Assembly: GCF_030435755.1 (NCBI RefSeq)
Contig: NC_080855.1
Span: 24,722,445-24,786,444 of the forward strand
Source: Ochotona princeps
Taxonomy: Eukaryota
Reading direction: 5' to 3'
DNA: 64,000 nt
Part shown: positions 57,420 through 64,000 of the stretch, piece by piece
Layout: the number at the start of each line of letters is the position of its first letter
How positions within the stretch are numbered: the first letter of the stretch is position 1
Program-made: the position numbers and the translations under genes
The notes under the pieces: model-generated
Database searches by the model: none
Told to the model about the DNA's origin: nothing
The model's input: the letters and a program-made list of their open reading frames with translations, nothing else

Positions 57420-58922
57420 TCACAAGCGGGGAGGCTCAGCCCCAGGCCCCGCTGCTGGCCCATTGGAAGTAGGGGCGTCAGCAGCCTCTTCCTCGCAACC
57501 CACCAGCGGCTCCTCCTCTTCCCCCATAGGGCCGGGGCCTGACCCAGGCCTAAACTCCTCCAGAGCCACCGAGCTCTGTCGAGACTTCCGCCGACCAAAG
57601 AAAGTGCTGAGCGTGGGCAGCTGACCAGACTCCTCCACCTCGGGGGTTCCCGAGGCTTTGGGTCCCCCCGACTCTCCTGCGATTGTTAGCACAGCCTCCT
57701 CATCGGCAACCCTCACTGGCCCAGCCCAGGCATCCACAGCACCGTTGTATTTTCCGCTTGTGCTTAGAGTCAGGACGCCAGTCCGCCGCTTCTGCCGCCG
57801 GCGCCAAAACAGGAGCAGGGCCAGGAGAAGTATGACCACCAGCACAGCCACCAGCATGGCCACCAGCATCATGCCACCCATCTCTGGCTGCACGCTCGTG
57901 TTTCCAGAGGGCTCCTTGGTAGTCACCACAGCAGTTTCTACCCTAGTGCCAGAGGTCTCCAGGGAGCTAGGGACCACGGTGATAGGGTGACCATTGGTTG
58001 CACTGGTGGTCTCCACAGAGCTACTTGCCATGGTGGTAGGGAATCCACTCATCTCATTGGAGGTCTTGGAAGAGCTGGTTGCCATGGTGATGGGGATTCC
58101 GCTGCTCCCACCGGGGGTCTCCACAGTGCTGGTTGCCATGGTAATGGGGATTCCGCTGCTCCCACCGGGGGTCTCCACAGTGCTGGTTGCCATGGTGATG
58201 GGAGTTTCCCTGGTCCCATCCTTGGTCTCCACAGAGCTGGTTGCTATGGTGATGGGGGTTCCACTGCTCCCACTGGGGGTCTCCACAGAATTGGTTGCCC
58301 TACTGATGGGGGTTCCACTTGTCTCACTGCTGGTCTCCACAGAGCTGGTTGCCATGGTGACGGGGGTTTCACTGGTCCCCCTGGTGGTCTCCACAGTGCT
58401 CATTGCCATAGTGACAGGGAATCCACTCGAACCCTGAGCTGGACGTGAAAAGGACAGAGTGCCTTCAGGGGCCTTTGGGGTGGCCATCATGGGCATGCTC
58501 TCCCTGGAGACGGGAGAGGTCCCTGAGGTACTGGTCACCGTGGTGATAAGGTGTCCGCTGGGCTCACCAGAGGCTGCTGGGGTTACTAGAGGAGAGCTGG
58601 TCATCGTCGCTGGAATGTGGGATCCCTGAGAACTCGCTGCCACGGGGACAACAGGCTCCCTGGCCACACTGGAAGTCTCAGGGTATATGAATGACTTCTC
58701 AGAGGAAACTTCCTGGGAGGTTTTGGATTCAGGTGCCAGGGAGCTACCGGGGGACTCACTCTCACCGTCTCTCGAGTTGGCCTTCCCAGAGTCCATTACG
58801 GCCAAACTGGTGGAGGAGATGGAAGGCACGGTATTTGACGGTGAAATGGAGAACAAGGCCTGGGAACTCACCACTCTGGGGGCCCAGGAACCCCCAACAA
58901 GAAGGAGGAGGAGCAGGGCCAT
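57420..58922 (-). CDS. SPN: SPN (sialophorin / leukosialin / CD43) complete CDS in a single exon: signal peptide, mucin-like Ser/Thr-rich ectodomain with 18-aa repeats, TM (GMMLVAMLVAVLVVILLLALLLFW), conserved cytoplasmic tail
   Basis: The ORF 57420..58946 (508 codons) starts at TTG in the track. The true start is probably ATG 58922..58920 (MALLLLLLVGGSWA…), and an acceptor ccccacctgcag| lies ~35 nt upstream, as in human SPN (non-coding exon 1). The tail RRRQKRRTGVLTLSTSGKYNGAVDAWAGP…LPTLSTFFGRRKSRQSSVALEEFRPGSGPGPMGEEEEPLV matches human CD43 RRRQKRRTGALVLSRGGKRNGVVDAWAGP…RPTLTTFFGRRKSRQGSLAMEELKSGSGPSLKGEEEPLV. Confidence 0.9.
   Translation of the reverse strand: MALLLLLLVGGSWAPRVVSSQALFSISPSNTVPSISSTSLAVMDSGKANSRDGESESPGSSLAPESKTSQEVSSEKSFIYPETSSVAREPVVPVAASSQGSHIPATMTSSPLVTPAASGEPSGHLITTVTSTSGTSPVSRESMPMMATPKAPEGTLSFSRPAQGSSGFPVTMAMSTVETTRGTSETPVTMATSSVETSSETSGTPISRATNSVETPSGSSGTPITIATSSVETKDGTRETPITMATSTVETPGGSSGIPITMATSTVETPGGSSGIPITMATSSSKTSNEMSGFPTTMASSSVETTSATNGHPITVVPSSLETSGTRVETAVVTTKEPSGNTSVQPEMGGMMLVAMLVAVLVVILLLALLLFWRRRQKRRTGVLTLSTSGKYNGAVDAWAGPVRVADEEAVLTIAGESGGPKASGTPEVEESGQLPTLSTFFGRRKSRQSSVALEEFRPGSGPGPMGEEEEPLVGCEEEAADAPTSNGPAAGPGAEPPRL
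57942..58433 (-). repeat. SPN: Coding tandem repeat in SPN: ~9 units of 54 bp (18 aa, e.g. GSSGIPITMATSTVETPG)
   Basis: Units: GSSGFPVTMAMSTVETTR / GTSETPVTMATSSVETSS / ETSGTPISRATNSVETPS / GSSGTPITIATSSVETKD / GTRETPITMATSTVETPG / GSSGIPITMATSTVETPG / GSSGIPITMATSSSKTSN / EMSGFPTTMASSSVETTS / ATNGHPITVVPSSLETSG. Confidence 0.85.
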
Positions 58923-60249
58923 GTCCTGGGCAGTCAGCAGTGGCAAGAGATGGGACCTGCAGGTGGGGACATGGGAGCAGCAGGATTGAGGGGAGGCCAG
59001 CGAGGCACACTTCCCTGCCAGCTGCCAGGCCTGGTTTGCGGTCTAACAGCTCTTTCTAGCCCTGGCTTTTGCTATTATCACCAAGTACCAGGGAGCAGCT
59101 GCACTCACTCCCCATGAACTCCGAATCCGGCAGTGCCACCTCCACCTCTGGGCCTGCCTTGATTGCCCCCCTCCACTTCCCGTTCAGCCCCTGGGTCCTC
59201 TCCCCCACTGCTGCCACCATCACTGAGCAGGAGTCCTTCCCGGCCACAGGCCCAGCCCCAAGCCCCCACACCGAGGACCTTTGCTTCCCAGATCATACAC
59301 TCTCACCAGCTTCGGTTGATAATCGCAGCACAGAGCTGGGGCGGCCACTCCAACGGCTCCTGAGGCTGAGGCGGGACTGGGGCAGACAGGGCCCCAAGGG
59401 GAAAGGAAGTGGGCCCTGACTCCACCCACCCCACCCCTGCATCAAGCCCCACCCCAGTCAGCTCCTCTAAGGAGAGCCTGAGAGGGTACCTGGGGACCCC
59501 TTTTGGGGGCAAGGGGAAGTGTTAGCCAAGGTCATCAGGGATGCAGGTGGGGGGGTCCCTTGGGGTGGGAATGTCAGGGTTGGGGTGATGGAAATGGACT
59601 TGAGGATGGAGGGGTTCTGGGGAGTAGAAGGGAGGGGCAGGTGGTTTGCCATCTGAGGTCCCCTGATGCGACTTTGGGTGGCGTTTCCTGTGCTGACTCT
59701 GACAGAGGGTGTTGGTGGGGGTGGAGGGGAGCGGGAGGTGTGTGACAATGTTCTCACAGATCTGTGAATCCTTGATCACCGTCACACCACAAGGCGCTGG
59801 AGTCACTGTCCCCGGCCGGGGAGGCATCCCTCAACCACACACAAGGGCACCAAACTCTGCTGAGACCAGCAGAGCCAGGAACCTGGAAGGAGTACCACTG
59901 GGTGGAGCATTGGCTGGGGTGTGTCGGGCTCTCAGCTCTCCTGTCTGCAAGGTTTCTCTTTCCTGACTTCCCTCATGAGTAAGCCCTGCCTTGTGGTATG
60001 GTGGGCACTTTTAGGTTTTGTCTTACTTAAGAAAAAAAAAAAAAAAAAGACAAAAATCCAAGCTGATTTGTTACAAAGCAGCATATGAACACAATGGAAA
60101 CTGTACTTTTCTCATAACTTTTCTGGAAGTTTAATTTTTTTTTCAAATAAAACAATACACTATGACACAGAAGCCTCTGTCTTTCCAAGTTGTCTACAGT
60201 CCAGTGAGTGCCCCAGATGTGGCCTCACCTTCTTTTGATTTTTTTCTTG

Positions 60250-60535
60250 TTTATTTATTTATATCCTATGTGAAAAGCAGAGAGAGGGAGAAGTTTCATT
60301 GGTGGGTTGTTCTCCAAATGTCTGCAAGATCAGGCAGAAGCCCAGAAGTCCACCCAGGCCTCTCCAGTGAGTGGAGAGAGAGAGAGAGAGAAAGAGAGAG
60401 GCCCAAGCCCTGAGCTGCCACCTGCTGCTTCCCAGGGTGTGTATCACCAGGAAACCAGAAAGGGAGCCGGGATTCAAACCCCACGCCCTCCAGTTCAGGG
60501 AGTGGACATTGTAAGAGGCTTTTCTCAGCAGTGCC
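60250..60535 (-). mobile_element. C-repeat-like SINE, antisense, divergent, with internal (AG)n
   Basis: …ggttgttctccaaatgtctgcaagatcagg…gagccgggattcaaaccccacgccc. Confidence 0.5.
60369..60402. repeat. (AG)n microsatellite
   Basis: gagagagagagagagagaaagagagag. Confidence 0.8.
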
Positions 60536-61289
60536 TATAACTGCTTTTCACTGAGCAATCAGAGGGACCGGATGGCCCTTCAGACCCCGTCCCTGCTCCA
60601 CCCCATCCCCAACACAGCTCCCAGCCGAGCCCACCACACCTGACATGGCCACTCCCCCTGCCTTATCCACACTGCCACTGCTCCTGCCCATTCTGTCCTA
60701 AAAACAGCATACCCTGGGGCCTCCACTCCACCTGTAGAACCTGACCACTCATCCTAACTTTTCCTTCTCTGGCCCACCTCCTCTCCAGCCTGCGCCACCA
60801 GCCACGATCCTCTCCTTTTCTCTCCATACGCTCCCACCTGCCTCAATCTCCAGGTCATCCTTTACTTTCTGCTTATATTTTTCTTTCTCCTCTCCCTGGG
60901 TCCTTAGAGGCTCTGGGATCTCAGGCCTGGATCTGCTCACACAATCTGTCACCAGTCCCAAGAAGGTGCTTGGTACCCAGTTAGGAATCCACTTCAGTAT
61001 ATCAACTCAAGATGTCTGGCTGAGAGAAGGCAGAGGGTTCTAGGCTGAAGGATCCAGGCACGGGGATCCAAGATGGGGGCAAGGTGAGAAGTGGGGCCAC
61101 AGAGCCAGTCACTCTGCAGCCACGGCCGCCACTGACACCATCAGACGTCATCAGAAGTTAACCAGCTTTTACTAAGAGAACAACTCTACTCTCCACAGGC
61201 CCCAGCTCCCCGGTGGGCCTCTGAGGGGCTAATCCAAGCCAGACTTCAGGTGGACAGGAGCTGGTCAGAAGCCACAGGAGAAGATCTGG

Positions 61290-61548
61290 GCCCCCTGTAC
61301 CGGCTCCAGGCTACACCACCTGCTCTTGGGATGGCCTCCCTGCCCTTGAGTTCTTCTGCACCCCCCGAAGGTGGACAGATGGCCCATGTAGGTGGCAGGG
61401 GCACAGACATGTGGACTACCTCCTGCTGCTTTCCCAAGAGCACCAGCAGGGAGCTGGATCCCAACCAGAGCAGCCAGGACTCGAACCAATGCTCTGATGG
61501 TGATGTCACCAGCAGTGGATGAGCCAGCCATGCCGCCACACCAGCCCC
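61290..61548 (-). mobile_element. C-repeat-like SINE, antisense, partial
   Basis: …cagcagggagctggatcccaaccagagcagccaggactcgaaccaatgctctgatgg. Confidence 0.5.
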
Positions 61549-62349
61549 TAGTCTCACCATGATATCAAGGATGCAGGAAGATGTGTTTGAGCTAGGGGGC
61601 TGTGGATTTGGATTTGGGCAGAGGGTCTCCTGTGAGTGTGGAGGGATGACCCAATGTCTCTTTCAAGGACTGGGAGGCATTCCTTGGCCAGAAGTTCAGG
61701 GTCCCCATCTCACTGTCTCTGGGATATGTGCAGAACGGGATCCTTAATCCCACCGCTGCCCACCCGCAAGCCCACCCGATGCCATCCCTAGGGCACACAG
61801 CTCCCTTTGCACCGTCTCACACTCTGACTCCACGGAACCTTCCAACCCCAACCACGCCCTCTCCTCTTCCTCACCCTCCCTGTAAAATGCTCACAACCAC
61901 CATACAAGCTGAAATGGACTGCCCGCCATCCCCCTTGGCCACCTTAACAGAAATCAGGCCAGCTTGACCTCTGACACCATGGTGACCTTTGACACGGTAG
62001 ATGTTTAGGCTCACCCACCCAGAGCCACAGGGTCCGGCTTGCTCCCTGGCCTGCTGCCCCGGGCTCCCGGCCCAGGCAAGCAGCAACATCCCTTTAGAAT
62101 TTCTTTCTAGCGAGAGAAAGTGATAAAAATGCCTGGTTTATCTATTTTTTTTTCATGGTTATCAATGTAACACATTCTCCAGGCACTGGGGTGCTTATCT
62201 GTACAACAATGGTCCTGCTGCTCACCCTGTCCCCAAGCTGCTGATGTCATAATCCCAGAGAGGTACCACTTTAAGGGCCAAACTTGGTTTGGCCTTGACG
62301 CTTCCATGTACCCACACCCCCAACAGGTGGATTCCTTTACTTTTTTCTC

Positions 62350-62575
62350 TTTCCTTTCTGGAAGGCAGAGACACAGAGATCTTTCTTCTATTGGCTCACT
62401 CTTGACACTCCTCCCCTCCACCCCACCCCTCAAATGCCCACATCAACTCAAAGCCAGGAGCCAGGAACTCAATCCTAGTGTCCCACATGAGGATGACAGG
62501 GACGCAGCTGCTTGAACCATCACTTACTTCCTCCCAAAATGCACATTAGCAGGAAACTGGAATCCAAAGTGGAGC
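62350..62575 (-). mobile_element. C-repeat-like SINE, antisense, partial
   Basis: …aaagccaggagccaggaactcaatcc…gcaggaaactggaatccaaagtggagcc. Confidence 0.5.
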
Positions 62576-62577
62576 CA

Positions 62578-62870
62578 GGGGGCCAGTGCAGTGGCTCAAA
62601 ACAGACTAAACCTCCACCTGTAGCACCAGCAGCATCCCATAAGGTTCTAGTCCCAGCTGCTCCACTTCCCATCCAGCTCTCTGCTTATAGCCTAGAAAAG
62701 CAATGGAGACAGCTCAAGGCCCCTCACCCTCATGGAAGACCTGGAAGAAGCTCCTGACTATTGGCTTCAGATCAGCGCAGCTCTGGCTGTCTGGGAAGTG
62801 AACCAGCAGGTAGAAGCTCTCTCTGTCTCTCATTCTCTCTGTTTATCTGTTTTTCAAATTAAAAAAAAAA
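62578..62870 (+). mobile_element. C-repeat SINE, sense, poly-A tail
   Basis: …cccagctgctccacttcccatccagctctctgcttatagcctagaaaagcaatggagacagc…aaaaaaaaaa. Confidence 0.8.
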
Positions 62871-63041
62871 TTTAAAAAAGTGGATCCAGAGCTCAACCTA
62901 GACATTCTGCTATAGGGTGCTGATGTTCCAGGTGGCCAAACACCTGCCCCTATTTCTGCTGCTTGCAGCTGTGCACTTCCGCTCCCTTCCCACCCAGCAT
63001 CAGCACCTCCCACCTGCCAGGTTAGTTAAATCCCTGTTTTC

Positions 63042-63340
63042 AGGAGTCAGTGTTGTGCAGTTAAACTGCTACCTGCAACATCAACACCCTAAATGAGCTC
63101 TAGTTTGAGTCCCAGCTGCTCCACTTTCAATCTAACTCCCTGCTAGTGAGCCGGAAAGCAAAAGGGGTTTGCCTCAGTGTTTGGGTCCCTGTAACCCCGC
63201 TGGGACTCCTGGCTCCTGACTTTGGCCTGGACGCATCCCAGCACATGGAAGCTATTTGGAGAATGAGCCAGTGGATGGAAGATCTCCCTTGCTCTATAGC
63301 TCTGTCCTTCAAATATACACATTATCCTTTAAAAATCTGT
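63042..63340 (+). mobile_element. C-repeat SINE, sense, divergent
   Basis: …cccagctgctccactttcaatctaactccctgctagtgagccggaaagc…gagccagtggatggaagatctccc. Confidence 0.65.
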
Positions 63341-63524
63341 TCTTCTTTTCAGGTCTGTTGTAATGGTCACCTTTGTGACCCTATTCAATATTTAGCTTTG
63401 GTGTCAGACCCTGTGGTGCAGTGTGGCTGAGTGGCTAGCTATAGCTTTCAGTTTTAGCTTTTTAAAAAAAAAAAAAAATTTATCTAAAAAAAGAAAAAGG
63501 AGGCTGGGTATGGCTCCTTCCCTT

Positions 63525-63645
63525 AACTCCTCCCTTCCCCCAGAAACAGGAAGAAGAAGTAGAAGATTTGGAAACAATGACCATACCCACTTTTCCCTAA
63601 CCCCTGACCCTTCCCACGCTGATCAACTATGTAAACATCATCCAA
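63525..63645 (-). repeat. Fragment of composite-repeat head terminus (copy F)
   Basis: cccccagaaacaggaagaagaagtagaagatttggaaacaatg…ctatgtaaacatcatcc matches the copy E end cccccagatataagaagaaaaaaggagattgggaacaattg…ctatgtaaacatcat. Confidence 0.45.
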
Positions 63646-63649
63646 AATA

Positions 63650-63965
63650 ACTTTAAAGAAAGATTTATCTATTTTTACTGGAAAGGCAGATTTACAGAGA
63701 GAAGAAGAGATAGAGAATATAATCTTCTGTCCTACTGGTTCACTCTCCAAGTGACTGCAACGGCTGGAGCTGAGCTGATCGGAAGCCAGGAGCTTCTTCC
63801 GGATCTCCCACATGGGTGCAGGGTCCCAAGGCCTTGGGCTGTCCTCTTCTGCTTTCCCAGGGCACAAGCATGGAGAGAGACAGGAAGTAAAGGAACCAGG
63901 ACCTGAACCAACACCCACACGGGGTGCTCGCGCTTGCAAGGCAAAGATTAGCTAATTGAATCAAC
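63650..63965 (-). mobile_element. C-repeat SINE, antisense
   Basis: …ggttcactctccaagtgactgcaacggctggagctgagctgatcggaagccaggagc…gggtgcagggtcccaaggccttgggctgtcc. Confidence 0.85.
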
Positions 63966-64000
63966 ACGTTGGACCCTGTGTGACTTGCTTTGCTCGGTTT

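Noticed and set aside
57987-58448. Two plus-strand ORFs (147/153 aa) with repetitive MVMG…/GCHGDG… peptides
   Set aside because: Antisense translations of the SPN 54-bp tandem repeats.
57420-58946. ORF-track start codons for SPN (58946) and QPRT exon 2 (42361), and several others that begin with M
   Set aside because: These positions are TTG/GTG/CTG in the sequence, because the track evidently allows bacterial alternative starts. The real SPN start is the ATG at 58922, and QPRT exon 2 has no start at all.

Overview
This window is mammalian nuclear DNA, not prokaryotic. It carries more than 50 copies of the rabbit-type tRNA-derived C-repeat SINE, which argues for a lagomorph (Oryctolagus-like) genome. 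It is GC-rich, intron-containing and gene-dense. Five protein-coding genes can be placed from exon translations and splice signals, all in the order and relative orientation of human 16p11.2. They are: KIF22 exon 2 (minus strand, ~2.3 kb); ZG16 (minus, 3 coding exons, 15.9-17.2 kb); C16orf54 (plus, single coding exon, 32.9-33.7 kb); QPRT (minus, 4 coding exons, 41.2-46.7 kb, including a 13-nt first coding exon); and SPN/CD43 (minus, single coding exon, 57.4-58.9 kb). CpG islands sit at the putative KIF22 and QPRT 5' ends. The rest of the window is interspersed repeats. SINEs make up roughly 25% of it, in both orientations, several with target-site duplications and nested insertions. There are also microsatellites, one minisatellite, and an unclassified composite repeat made of a ~550 bp 'head' plus a degenerate ~75 bp tandem array. 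That composite repeat occurs at least 5-6 times, including a tandem pair and an inverted pair that flank a TATA/CCAAT promoter-like module and an intronless 142-codon ORF (51.5-52.4 kb). No CRISPR, operon or bacterial defence-type architecture is present. The ORF track uses alternative start codons (TTG/GTG/CTG shown as M), so several 'M' starts are artefacts. Coordinates of exon boundaries were anchored to the supplied ORF frames and are good to about +/-2 bp.
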